Shown: positions 1 through 8,213, counted from the first letter of the stretch. The stretch: DNA of 14,153 nucleotides from Candidatus Methylomirabilis sp. (GCA_041498975.1 JBGQJI010000057.1:1-14153), one strand, 5' to 3'. Notes: a model not told the origin generated them from the sequence alone. A program made the numbers and translations.

Positions 1-26
1 ATCTCCTTAGGTACCCCTATGACCAT
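1..26 (-). CDS. 5' fragment (first 8-9 codons) of a probable alanine dehydrogenase; NAD(P) transhydrogenase alpha subunit not excluded. Runs off the left edge of the window.
   Basis: The reverse complement of 1-26 reads ATG GTC ATA GGG GTA CCT AAG GAG AT = MVIGVPKE(I), the typical N-terminus of the AlaDH/PntA family. Not in the ORF track because it is truncated. Confidence 0.7.
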
Positions 27-72
27 CGCCTTAGTACCGTTTTTTTCTGGCTCTCTACGGGCGAGAGCTTCT

Positions 73-133
73 CCGTTATTTTCCCCACTCCCCAAACCGA
101 GGAGAGGGCCAGGGGGAGGGGGACAAAATGCGG
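73..133. repeat. REP-like palindromic element (CCCC.CTCCCC...GGAGAGGG...GGGGGAGGGGG type)
   Basis: ccccactcccc-aaaccga-ggagagggccagggggaggggga, flanked by an imperfect inverted repeat ccgttattttcccc / ggggacaaaatgcgg. Its purine/pyrimidine hairpin style resembles 11916-11999. Confidence 0.55.
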
Positions 134-153
134 ACAGTCATGCGTCGTAGTGA

Positions 154-182
154 CAGTTACACAGCGGAGAGCACGATGTCAA
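154..182 (-). promoter_or_regulatory. Candidate sigma70 promoter for the downstream AlaDH-like gene
   Basis: Minus strand TTGACA (182-177), 17-nt spacer, TAACTG (159-154). The -35 is perfect and the -10 is weak. Confidence 0.3.
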
Positions 183-218
183 GGATGGAACTGGAAGGAA
201 GAGTGTTCTCGTCTCCGG

Positions 219-905
219 TCAATCCAGGCAGAGCTTCTCAAGCAGGTCGAGGTTCAAGAACTCGAGGCTTCTGATCACCAACTCAGCCCCCGAGAAGTCC
301 TGCCCCCTTGTGTAGTCGTTATACACGATGGCGCATCGGAGCCCGGCTTCCTTGGCTGCCCTGAAGCCTTTCTCGGAATCCTCGATGACCAGGCCTTCAG
401 AGGGATCGCATCCGAGCTTTGCTATGCACTCCAGATAAAGGGCGGCGTCCTTCTCGCCGGACTGTTTGCCGAGAATCGGATCGAAGTAAGGGAGTGCGTC
501 AGGAAGCTGCGCTTCGAGGAGCGCGCGTATCTGATCCTCATCCGTGACCGACACGATCGCCAACCGCACACCGCGGTCGATCGCCTCCCTGATGATTCGC
601 GCCACCCCCGGCCGCAACGGCAGATCAGCAACCCGCTTGAGGTAGATTTCCTTCTTGAGCGCGAACAGCTCGGGCACGATCCGGTCGATCTCCGCTTCGG
701 AGAGTGATGCCCGCGTCGAGAGCGCCAGCCGCATCCGTCTGGCGTTGCCAGGGATCTTCAGAAGTTCTTTGAACTCCTCCCACGTCCAGCGGATATCGAA
801 CCCCATCCGCTCGAACGCCTCGTTGCAGGCCACCAGGTGGCCATCTCTTTCGGTATCGGCCAGCGTCCCATCCACATCAAAGATGATCGCTTTCAGCTTC
901 CCCAT
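219..905 (-). CDS. HAD-superfamily phosphatase, CbbY-like (subfamily IA), 228 aa
   Basis: Motif I with a CbbY-like extension (FDVDGTLADTERDGH..A.N.AF), plus W.W..F.ELL, LRPGVAR and motif IV IEDSEKGFRAAKEAGL. C-terminal QDFSGA. Confidence 0.88.
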   Translation of the reverse strand: MGKLKAIIFDVDGTLADTERDGHLVACNEAFERMGFDIRWTWEEFKELLKIPGNARRMRLALSTRASLSEAEIDRIVPELFALKKEIYLKRVADLPLRPGVARIIREAIDRGVRLAIVSVTDEDQIRALLEAQLPDALPYFDPILGKQSGEKDAALYLECIAKLGCDPSEGLVIEDSEKGFRAAKEAGLRCAIVYNDYTRGQDFSGAELVIRSLEFLNLDLLEKLCLD

Positions 906-968
906 TTTCTCTCGGCAATGTTTCGTGTTCTAGCTGTCTACCTTCATCGAGAACCGCTAACCCGGAAC

Positions 969-1072
969 CTGTCATTGCGAGCGAAGCGAAGCAATCTCCC
1001 TGCGCTAGATTGTGCGGCCTGTCCCGAACGGTGAGATTGCTTCGGCCGACTGCGTCCGCCTCGCAATGACAG
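969..1072. repeat. REP-like/MITE-like palindromic element (GTCATTGCGAG...GCAATCTC // GAGATTGC...CTCGCAATGAC)
   Basis: Perfect 13-bp outer inverted repeat CTGTCATTGCGAG (969-981) / CTCGCAATGACAG (1060-1072). Perfect 12-bp inner inverted repeat CGAAGCAATCTC (987-998) / GAGATTGCTTCG (1033-1044). Bases 971-997 match the reverse complement of 13796-13822 at 26/27. Confidence 0.9.
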
Positions 1073-1128
1073 CAGCACTTTCAGAACACAGGGGCCACCA
1101 ACAAGAAAGAGGGGGCAACCAGAGGAAG

Positions 1129-1950
1129 TTACTTGCCCCAGTCGCGGGGGTAGCGGAAGTCGCGGTCGATGGTGCGGGAGGAGACTTTGGCAATGAGGGG
1201 CAGGCGCCGCTTGTACTGGGAGGCCTGGACCTTGGCGAAGACCGCGCGGATGAACCGCTCGTCGAAGCCGGCTTCGACGAGTTCGGGCAACTCGTAGCGG
1301 CAATCGACCATCAGGTAGAGGAGTTGATCGACCTGTTCGTAGGTGAAGCCCAGTTCTTCCTCGTCGGTCTGTCCGGCCCAGAGGTCGGCACTCGGCTTCT
1401 TCCGGACGATGACCTCCGGCACGCCCATGTAACGGGCCAGTTGCCTGATCTGGGTCTTGTACAGGTCGCCCAACGGATTGATGGCACTGGCCATATCGCC
1501 ATAGAGCGTGCTGTACCCCAGCAGCAACTCCGTCTTATTGCTGGTCCCGAGGACCAGGGCCTTGAGCTTGGCCGAGTGATCGAAAAGGATGGTCATCCGT
1601 TCCCGGGCCATCTTGTTGCCCCGGCGAACCTGGTCTGCTTCCGGGAACCGCTCGAAGTAGGCGTCCACCATCGGGGTGATCTCGATGACGTCTGACTGGA
1701 TGCCCAACTGCTTTACCACCACTTCCGCATGTTCGCGGCTCTCCGGGCTGCTGGTTCGGTACGGCATCAGGAGGCCCCATACATTCTCTGCGCCAAGCGC
1801 CTCGGCCCCAAGAAAGGCGGAGAGCGACGAGTCCACCCCACCCGAGAGGCCGACCACGACGCGGCTGAATCCTGCTTTTCGGACCTCATTGGAGATGAAC
1901 CCCGTCAACACGCGCCGCAAAAGGCCACAGTTCCGGGAGAGACTGATCAC
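1129..1950 (-). CDS. nadE: NAD+ synthetase, synthetase subunit (single domain), 273 aa
   Basis: PP-loop [41 protein letters not shown] and [17 protein letters not shown]. The GTG start overlaps the upstream stop (GTGA, 1947-1950). Confidence 0.96.
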   Translation of the reverse strand: MISLSRNCGLLRRVLTGFISNEVRKAGFSRVVVGLSGGVDSSLSAFLGAEALGAENVWGLLMPYRTSSPESREHAEVVVKQLGIQSDVIEITPMVDAYFERFPEADQVRRGNKMARERMTILFDHSAKLKALVLGTSNKTELLLGYSTLYGDMASAINPLGDLYKTQIRQLARYMGVPEVIVRKKPSADLWAGQTDEEELGFTYEQVDQLLYLMVDCRYELPELVEAGFDERFIRAVFAKVQASQYKRRLPLIAKVSSRTIDRDFRYPRDWGK

Positions 1951-2804
1951 CTGATCCCCTCCCTTCTCACCCGCTCCAGCTCCCTCAAGGTGACGTCCAC
2001 CCGCTCATCCCGGAGCAGAGGGTTCGCCATTCTGGCACGGCGGATTTCAGCGTGATCGATCTCCGCCACCAGGATGGCCTCACTCACGTATTCGGCCTTG
2101 GCGACCGGCTCACCCGACGGGGCGATCACCTCGGAGCCACCCCAGAAGCAGGCTCCATCCTCATAGCCCACACGATTCGCATAGAGGACGTAACATGTAA
2201 AGAGCTGGGCATAGGCCCGGTTGATCGTCTCCCACGCTCTGGCGTTGCCGAATGTCCCGCTGTCCTCCAGACCCCCTCGGCCCGGGCTGCTGGAGGGACA
2301 GATGAGGATATCCATCCCATCGAGAGACGCGACAAAGACGGTGGATGGATGCCACATATCCTCGCAGATCAGGATTGCCGACCGGCCGATTCCTGACCGG
2401 AATGTCCGGATCCGCCCGCCCTCCGCGAGATACCGCTGCTCATCGAAGATCCCGTAGGTGGGGAGGTAGACTTTGCGGTGGACGTGCAGGATCTCCCCCA
2501 TGGAGAGATAGAGGGCGGCATTGTAGAAGAGATGCTCGGGCGTCTCCTCGACGAGCCCCACGACGAGATCGATGCGGCGACTCAGGTCTCTGAGCCTGCC
2601 CAGGACAGGACTGGTCAAGGGAAGCGCCACGGACGAAACGATATCCTTGAGGAAATAGCCGGTCAGGCTCAGTTCGGGGAAGACGAGAAGGCGAGCGCCG
2701 CGGCCGATCGCCTCTTCAGCTGTCTTCTCGTGCATGGCCAGGTTCCGCTCCAGGTCGCCGAGGGCAGGGTTGATCTGGGCGAGGGCGATCGTATGTTTGC
2801 TCAC
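1947..2804 (-). CDS. Carbon-nitrogen hydrolase (nitrilase fold), probable glutaminase subunit of NAD synthetase, 285 aa
   Basis: E-K-C triad motifs [23 protein letters not shown] and LICEDMW, plus NRVG.EDG..FWGGS. The K..LP.YG.FDE.RY and ICED.W forms are those of NadE glutaminase domains. Overlaps nadE by 4 nt. Confidence 0.92.
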   Translation of the reverse strand: MSKHTIALAQINPALGDLERNLAMHEKTAEEAIGRGARLLVFPELSLTGYFLKDIVSSVALPLTSPVLGRLRDLSRRIDLVVGLVEETPEHLFYNAALYLSMGEILHVHRKVYLPTYGIFDEQRYLAEGGRIRTFRSGIGRSAILICEDMWHPSTVFVASLDGMDILICPSSSPGRGGLEDSGTFGNARAWETINRAYAQLFTCYVLYANRVGYEDGACFWGGSEVIAPSGEPVAKAEYVSEAILVAEIDHAEIRRARMANPLLRDERVDVTLRELERVRREGIR

Positions 2805-3601
2805 GCGATTCCACTCCGTGCTTCAGAAAAGGCCAAGCTGCGATAGATGTCTTCCATGGCCTGGGAGACGGCGCCGCCGCGCGCCTGGTACACGAAAAGC
2901 GGAGGAAGGATGCGCAGGCCCGGTCGCCCCTCGCGCCGTGCCTCGACCAGGATCAGTTCCGCGTCGGCGCCGGGAAACGAATGGACCGGCCACAATGTCT
3001 TTGGTTCCAGGCCTTCAGCACTGAAGCGAGTCAACAGATCGGCCAGGCGCGAGGCATGGTAGATCAGGCAGGCTCGCCCTTTTGGAGCGAGGGCGTACCG
3101 AATGGCAGCAATGACCTCCGGGAGGGTGGCAGTCAGCTCATGCTTGGCCTGCCCGGTCTCAGGGTTAGGGTTCACCCTCCCGCGACCGATCTCTCGATAT
3201 GGAGGATTGCAGAGGACCACATCAAAGCCCGCCGGGTGAAGCAGCGCCTCAATCCGACGGAGGTCACCCTCCAGAATCTCCACACGATCCTGCAGCCCGT
3301 TGAGCTGTGCCCCGCGCCGGGCCCGGCTGGCCAGGGCCGGCTGGATCTCAAGTCCGACAACGCGGAGTTGCGGATACCGGTGGGCCAGCAAGAGCGCAAT
3401 CGCCCCATTGCCGCAGCCGAGATCCAGGACCCTGTCGGTGGGCCTCGGTGAGGCGAACTCCCCCAGCAGCAGGGCATCCATCGAGTGTCGGAAGCCCTTC
3501 ACGCTCTGGATGACCTTCAGGCCCGACATCCCGAGAATGTCGAGGGTCTCGCCCTCGCAGAGCATCGAGTCGATCGTCTCTTGGCAAACCGGCTCGCTCA
3601 T
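2801..3601 (-). CDS. SAM-dependent methyltransferase, tRNA1(Val) (adenine37-N6) methyltransferase family (YfiC/YabB-like), 266 aa
   Basis: VIQS.KGFR.SMDALLL, motif I VLDLGCGNG, GLEIQ, N6-MTase motif NPPY, A.HE, and L.LVEARR.G.PGL.ILPPLFVY. The stop overlaps the next start (GTGA, 2801-2804). Confidence 0.88.
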   Translation of the reverse strand: MSEPVCQETIDSMLCEGETLDILGMSGLKVIQSVKGFRHSMDALLLGEFASPRPTDRVLDLGCGNGAIALLLAHRYPQLRVVGLEIQPALASRARRGAQLNGLQDRVEILEGDLRRIEALLHPAGFDVVLCNPPYREIGRGRVNPNPETGQAKHELTATLPEVIAAIRYALAPKGRACLIYHASRLADLLTRFSAEGLEPKTLWPVHSFPGADAELILVEARREGRPGLRILPPLFVYQARGGAVSQAMEDIYRSLAFSEARSGIA

Positions 3602-3610
3602 CGTACCGTT

Positions 3611-3639
3611 ACTGTATTACATCCATCGGCAAAACACAA
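3611..3639 (-). promoter_or_regulatory. Candidate sigma70 promoter giving a near-leaderless transcript for the MTase-glutaminase-nadE unit
   Basis: Minus strand TTGTGT (3639-3634), 17 nt, TACAGT (3616-3611), in a locally AT-rich stretch. It ends 9 nt before the ATG at 3601 and there is no SD motif. Confidence 0.3.
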
Positions 3640-3650
3640 TTGGCGAGCGC

Positions 3651-3712
3651 TCAGGTATCAGCCATCAGCTTTTCACCAGAAGCTGACCGCTGAAAGCTGA
3701 TCACTGATTGCT
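3651..3712. repeat. Heptamer tandem-repeat hairpin (TCAGCnn x3 / GCTGAnn x4)
   Basis: tcaggta tcagcca tcagctt [ttcaccagaa] gctgacc gctgaaa gctgatc actgatt gct. Confidence 0.88.
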
Positions 3713-3718
3713 AGCCAC

Positions 3719-6172
3719 CTAACACAGATCGACCGGATCGACATCGACCTGAACCTTCGTCTGCTCCGACGAAGGTAACAGCGCAAGCGTGTCCCTGATC
3801 CATCGATGCAACGGCTCGGGGTCGGGGCCCTTGGCGAGAAGCTGCCAGCGGTAGCGGCCCTGAAGCCGGGAGAGCGGCGCAGGAGCAGGTCCTTCGAGCG
3901 AGAGGGGTGGCACGGCTCTCTCCGACAGCAAGCCCGCGAGTCGCTCGGCTACCTCCTGCGCGTCCTGTTCGATCCTGGAGGCGACCACGAGCAGGACGAG
4001 GAAACCAAAGGGGGGGAGGCCGCGCTCCTTCCTCAGCGGCAGCTCGAACCGGTAGAGCGCTTCGTAATCGTTGTTGCGAGCGGCGAGAATGCAATAGTGA
4101 TCCGGGTTGTACGTTTGGATCAGCACCTGGCCAGGCCGGTCGCCACGGCCAGCTCGTCCGGCCACTTGCGTCATCAAGGCGTAGGTCCGCTCGCCCGCCC
4201 TGAAATCCGGGATCTGCATCGAGGTATCGGCAGCGAGAACCCCAACCAGGGTGATCCCGGGGAAGTCGTGTCCCTTTCCCACCATCTGCGTGCCGATCAG
4301 GATCTGGGTCTCTCCCTGCTCCACCTTCTTGAGGATCTGCTGATGCGCCCGTCGTCGTCTCGTCGTATCGCGATCCATCCTGGTCAGGGTGGCCATCGGG
4401 GCTAGGGCCCTGGCGGCGGCTTCGACCTGTTGCGTCCCATACCCCAGCAATCCGAAGGCGATCCCGCGACACTTGGGACAGCGCGCAGGCGGACGTTCCC
4501 TGTGATTGCAGTAGTGGCAGCGCATCCTGGCGTCCGGCGCATGGTAAATGAGCGAGACGCTGCAGCGGGGGCATCGCAGGGCGAACCCGCACTCGCGGCA
4601 GAGCAACAGTCTGGCGTAGCCTCTCCGGTTCAAGAACAGGAGGACCTGCTCACCCTTGGCCAGCGTCTGTTTGACTGCCTCGGTCAGTGGACGGGAGAAG
4701 ATGCGGGGCGCTGGCTCCCCTCGCTCCTTCTCCTGCCGCATATCGATCAGCGCCATAGAGGGAAGGGGCCGCGCCTCAACGCGATCCGGAATCCGAAAGA
4801 GTTTATAGGTTCCCTCCTGGGCGCGGTGGAAGCTTTCGTAGCTTGGAGTGGCGGAGCCGAGCAGGACCGGAATCCGCAGCATCCTCCCTCGAACCAGGGC
4901 AAGGTCCCTCGCGTGATACCGGGGGTCACTCTCCTGCTTGTAGGAGGAGTCGTGTTCCTCGTCCACGACGATGAACCCGAGACGGGAGAGCGGAGCGAAT
5001 ACCGCCGACCGCGCCCCTACCACGATATCCACCCTCCCGCTTCGGATCCGCCGCCATTGATCCAGGCGCTCCCCCGGCGAGAGGCCGCTGTGCAGCAGCG
5101 CAACCCGATCTCTGAAGCGTGAGCCAAATCGATCGGCGGCCAGAGGGGTCAGCGCGATCTCTGGAACCAGCGCGAGCGCCTGTCTCCCCTGCCGGACGAC
5201 CTCTTCGATCACGCGAAGATAGACCTCGGTTTTCCCGCTGCCGGTGGCGCCGAAGAGAAGGGCCGGGAAGAAGGTGTCTTTGGCCAGTCCCTCGAGGAGC
5301 CCATGAACCGTCGTTCGTTGGGCGGCGGTCATCTCGGGCGGAGCACCCACTGCAAAGACAGCCCCTTCCCAGGGGCTCCGCTCGACCTCTTCCTCCTCTC
5401 GTCGGACCAGGCCCTTTGCGATGAGTCCCCGGACCGCTGAGACACCCGCCAAGCCCGTCGCCTCCTGGGAGGTGAGTGTCCCGTCGGAGCGCAGCAGGTG
5501 CTCCAAGAGCGAGGACTGCCGAGGGGCCCGGCTGCGGAGACGGCCCAGCTCTAACTCCACTGCGGCTCGGTCAGCCGCCAAGCGGAATACCGACCGGTGG
5601 GCGGGCTGAACCTCTGGAAGGCGCTCACGATACCCGACCCTGGCCAGGTTCAGGTTGACGAGGTGGCGAACGAAACGATCCACATCTCGCTCCGGCCAGC
5701 GCCGTTTGAGAGATGAGAGAGGGATCCAGGCGCGCGCCCGGAATCCTGCCAGGATCTGATGCCCCATCGGGCCGATCCGGGCGGTCTCCTGGGCAAGCAG
5801 CTCCGGAGATCCGGTCAGTTCGACGATGCGGACCGTGGAACGATCAATCCCTGGCGGCAGCGAGGCCCGGATGACGAGCCCCCACGAAGTGAGATAGTAG
5901 TCGGCCGCCCATCGCGTCAGCTCCAACATGTGCGCATCGAGCAACGGCTCCGGATCGAGTAAATCGTTGATGGGCTTGACCGGGACGTCAGGCGGGGATG
6001 TCGAGGCTCCGACGATGTAGCCGGTAACGTTCCGATTTCCCAGCGGAACCAGGGCGCGCATGCCCGGGACGGCCAGCGCTCGCAAGGAAGGCGGGACCTC
6101 GTAGGTGAAGGTGTGCTGCGCCCTGAGGGGCACGGCCACCTCAACGAGAGAAGTCGATGCTGAATCAGCCAT
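3719..6172 (-). CDS. priA: Primosomal protein N' (replication restart helicase PriA), about 817 aa
   Basis: N-terminal VEVAVP....FTY, Walker A GATGSGKTEVY, LVPEIALT, VVGARSAVF, DEEH, four CxxC pairs, GTQMVGKGHDF, QVAGRAGR and C-terminal VDVDP. Start reassigned to ATG 6172 (TGATG overlap with the udg stop). The 979-aa track ORF extends spuriously into udg. Confidence 0.97.
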   Translation of the reverse strand: MADSASTSLVEVAVPLRAQHTFTYEVPPSLRALAVPGMRALVPLGNRNVTGYIVGASTSPPDVPVKPINDLLDPEPLLDAHMLELTRWAADYYLTSWGLVIRASLPPGIDRSTVRIVELTGSPELLAQETARIGPMGHQILAGFRARAWIPLSSLKRRWPERDVDRFVRHLVNLNLARVGYRERLPEVQPAHRSVFRLAADRAAVELELGRLRSRAPRQSSLLEHLLRSDGTLTSQEATGLAGVSAVRGLIAKGLVRREEEEVERSPWEGAVFAVGAPPEMTAAQRTTVHGLLEGLAKDTFFPALLFGATGSGKTEVYLRVIEEVVRQGRQALALVPEIALTPLAADRFGSRFRDRVALLHSGLSPGERLDQWRRIRSGRVDIVVGARSAVFAPLSRLGFIVVDEEHDSSYKQESDPRYHARDLALVRGRMLRIPVLLGSATPSYESFHRAQEGTYKLFRIPDRVEARPLPSMALIDMRQEKERGEPAPRIFSRPLTEAVKQTLAKGEQVLLFLNRRGYARLLLCRECGFALRCPRCSVSLIYHAPDARMRCHYCNHRERPPARCPKCRGIAFGLLGYGTQQVEAAARALAPMATLTRMDRDTTRRRRAHQQILKKVEQGETQILIGTQMVGKGHDFPGITLVGVLAADTSMQIPDFRAGERTYALMTQVAGRAGRGDRPGQVLIQTYNPDHYCILAARNNDYEALYRFELPLRKERGLPPFGFLVLLVVASRIEQDAQEVAERLAGLLSERAVPPLSLEGPAPAPLSRLQGRYRWQLLAKGPDPEPLHRWIRDTLALLPSSEQTKVQVDVDPVDLC

Positions 6173-6906
6173 CAAGGGCGGGGAGCTGTTGTCGCTGAGC
6201 CGGAGCTCCTTCGGAGACGATCGTATTCTCGCTGGAGGAGCTTCATGTCCTCCCAGACGGTTTTCTTCTCGCCTGGATTGCGCAGCAGGTAGGCCGGATG
6301 GAAGGTGGGCAGAACGGGGATCCCCTGGTAAGCGTGAAATCTTCCTCGAAGCTTCGAGATCGGTTCTTTGGTTCGAAGGAGGATCTGGGCCGCAAAGTTG
6401 CCGAGCGCGCAGATCAATTTCGGCTTGATGGCCTGAAGCTGGCCGATCAAGAACGGCTCGCATGCGGCGATCTCGTCCGGCTCCGGATTTCGGTTCCCGG
6501 GAGGACGGCACTTGATGATGTTGCAAATGTAGACCTGGTCGCGCGTCAACTTCATCGCCTCGATGATGCGGGTCAATAGCTGTCCTGCCCGCCCGACGAA
6601 CGGCTCGCCCTGATCGTCTTCGTCCGCTCCCGGGGCCTCGCCAACGAAGACGAGCCACGCCTTGGGATCACCAACCCCGAAGACGATATTCTTGCGGCCC
6701 TTGTGAAGCTTGCATCGCGTGCACTCCCCCAGCTCCTCACGCACCTGCGCAAGCGTGAGCGAACTCCCGGGCAGCACGCCTTGACGCTCGGGCCAGGCGA
6801 CATGGAGGCGCTCGACCCCTCGTGCCTGCTGGCGGCGCAGATGACCCCGAGCCTGCTGGATCAACCCAAGCAGCTCTTCGGTCTCAGCACTAATTATCTC
6901 AGACAC
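6172..6906 (-). CDS. udg: Uracil-DNA glycosylase, family 4 ([4Fe-4S] type), 244 aa
   Basis: CTRC, VFGVG, GEAPGADED, PFVGRAGQLL, KCRPPGNRNP..DEI.AC and TFHPAYLLR. GTG start with GGAG about 8 nt upstream. Confidence 0.93.
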   Translation of the reverse strand: MSEIISAETEELLGLIQQARGHLRRQQARGVERLHVAWPERQGVLPGSSLTLAQVREELGECTRCKLHKGRKNIVFGVGDPKAWLVFVGEAPGADEDDQGEPFVGRAGQLLTRIIEAMKLTRDQVYICNIIKCRPPGNRNPEPDEIAACEPFLIGQLQAIKPKLICALGNFAAQILLRTKEPISKLRGRFHAYQGIPVLPTFHPAYLLRNPGEKKTVWEDMKLLQREYDRLRRSSGSATTAPRP

Positions 6907-6934
6907 GTCACATGCTCCAGCCGCTCGCGAGGAA

Positions 6935-7001
6935 AGGGTCTAGGGTAGAGGGTAGAGGGTTTAGTGAAATAGTGGACCTGCCGGCTATACCCTGAACCCT
7001 A
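6935..7001. repeat. Heptamer tandem-repeat hairpin (AGGGTnn x4 / nnACCCT x2)
   Basis: agggtct agggtag agggtag agggttt ... ataccct gaaccct a. The last unit overlaps the coaBC stop codon. Confidence 0.85.
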
Positions 7002-8213
7002 TCTCGTATGCCCTCTCTTTTGGCGGAGGCGAACCACGTGATCGAGGATTCGGCGCGCCACCTGCCGCTTTGGAAGGAGGGGGAGCTCCTCGACCCTCCC
7101 GTCCTGATCGAGGATCAGCACCATATTGGTATCGTGAGAGAAACCGGCGCCCTCCTGGCTCACATCGTTGGCGACGATCAGGTCGAGATTCTTCTCCTTC
7201 AGCTTCCGCTCGGCCTGTCGCAGCAGGTCGCCCGTCTCCGCCGCAAATCCGACCAGGATCCGCGCCCCCTTCAGCGCTCCGGCCTCTTTCAGGATATCGG
7301 GATTCGGTACCAGCTCCAGGGTCAGCGGCTCCCCACCCTTCTTGAGCTTCGAATCTGCCGGCCGCGCCAGTCGATAGTCGCTGACGGCAGCGGCCTTGAT
7401 CACCACCGTTGCCTCCGGGAGGCGCTCTAGAACTGCCGAGCGCATCTGAAGGGCAGTCTCCACCCGGACTGTCTCAACCCCGCTTGGGGGCGTCAAGCCC
7501 GTTGGCCCACTCACCAGGATCGTGCGGGCGCCTCGATCTGCGGCCTCTTCGGCAATTGCGTAGCCCATCTTGCCGGACGAGCGGTTCGTCAGGTAGCGCA
7601 CCGGATCCAGCGGTTCATGAGTCGGACCGGCTGTCACGAGGATGACCTCACCGGCCAAGTCATCCATCGGGCTTAGGATCTCTGCCACAGCTTCCAGGAT
7701 CTCCCCGGTCTCGGCCAGACGACCGGGGCCCCAGATTCCCGATGCCAGCTCGCCCTCCGCAGGCCCGACGATTCGCACTCCCCAGCCACGCAGCCGCGCC
7801 AGGTTTTCCTGCACGGCGGGGTGGCGGTACATATCGGCATCCATCGCAGGCGCCAGCAAGATGGGCCGGGTGCTGGCCAGGAAGAGGTTGGTCAAGAGAT
7901 CATCGGCGACGCCTCTGGCGAATTTGCCGATGATGTTGGCAGTGGCTGGCGCCACCAGGAGCAGGTCGGCCCCCTCGGCTGCGGCGATGTGGCGGATCTT
8001 CGCCTCGTAGTCCAGGGCAAAGAGGTCGGTCATGACCTCACCCCGTGAGAGGGTGGCGAAGGTGAGGGGGGCCACGAATCGCTGAGCTGATTCGGTCATG
8101 ACGACAGAGACGGAGGCGCCAGCCTTGATCAGCTCACGAAGCAGCTCCACCGCTTTGTAGGCGGCGATGCTCCCGGTCACCCCAAGAACGATCTTTTTCC
8201 CCTTGAGCATCAT
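6999..8213 (-). CDS. coaBC: Bifunctional phosphopantothenoylcysteine decarboxylase / phosphopantothenate-cysteine ligase
   Basis: LGVTGSIAAYK, APATAN, PAM, VTAGPT.E.LDPVRYLTNRSSGKMG, AAAVSDY, NPDIL, VGFAAET, KL.EKNLDLIVANDV and GAGF..DTN. Start is ambiguous (ATG at 8210, 8213 or 8228). Confidence 0.96.
   Translation of the reverse strand: MMLKGKKIVLGVTGSIAAYKAVELLRELIKAGASVSVVMTESAQRFVAPLTFATLSRGEVMTDLFALDYEAKIRHIAAAEGADLLLVAPATANIIGKFARGVADDLLTNLFLASTRPILLAPAMDADMYRHPAVQENLARLRGWGVRIVGPAEGELASGIWGPGRLAETGEILEAVAEILSPMDDLAGEVILVTAGPTHEPLDPVRYLTNRSSGKMGYAIAEEAADRGARTILVSGPTGLTPPSGVETVRVETALQMRSAVLERLPEATVVIKAAAVSDYRLARPADSKLKKGGEPLTLELVPNPDILKEAGALKGARILVGFAAETGDLLRQAERKLKEKNLDLIVANDVSQEGAGFSHDTNMVLILDQDGRVEELPLLPKRQVARRILDHVVRLRQKRGHTR

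Noticed and set aside
40..68. T-run plus hairpin gctctc-tacgggc-gagagc as a terminator
   Set aside because: The geometry is wrong. On the minus (coding) strand the hairpin is followed by an A-run, and on the plus strand the T-run precedes the hairpin.
1076..1089. cactttcagaacac, loosely similar to cattttcaaaacag at 11999-12012, as IS-like ends beside the repeats
   Set aside because: The match is too short and degenerate, with no matching opposite ends or target-site duplications found.
837..1303. Short ORFs spanning the nadE-HAD gap (SLRAKRSNL / RLLRFARND)
   Set aside because: These are translations of the palindromic element at 969-1072 and of alternative frames of real genes.
6173..6658. 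162-aa N-terminal extension of PriA in the 979-aa track ORF
   Set aside because: It is an alternative frame of udg. PriA homology starts at ATG 6172, which overlaps the udg stop.
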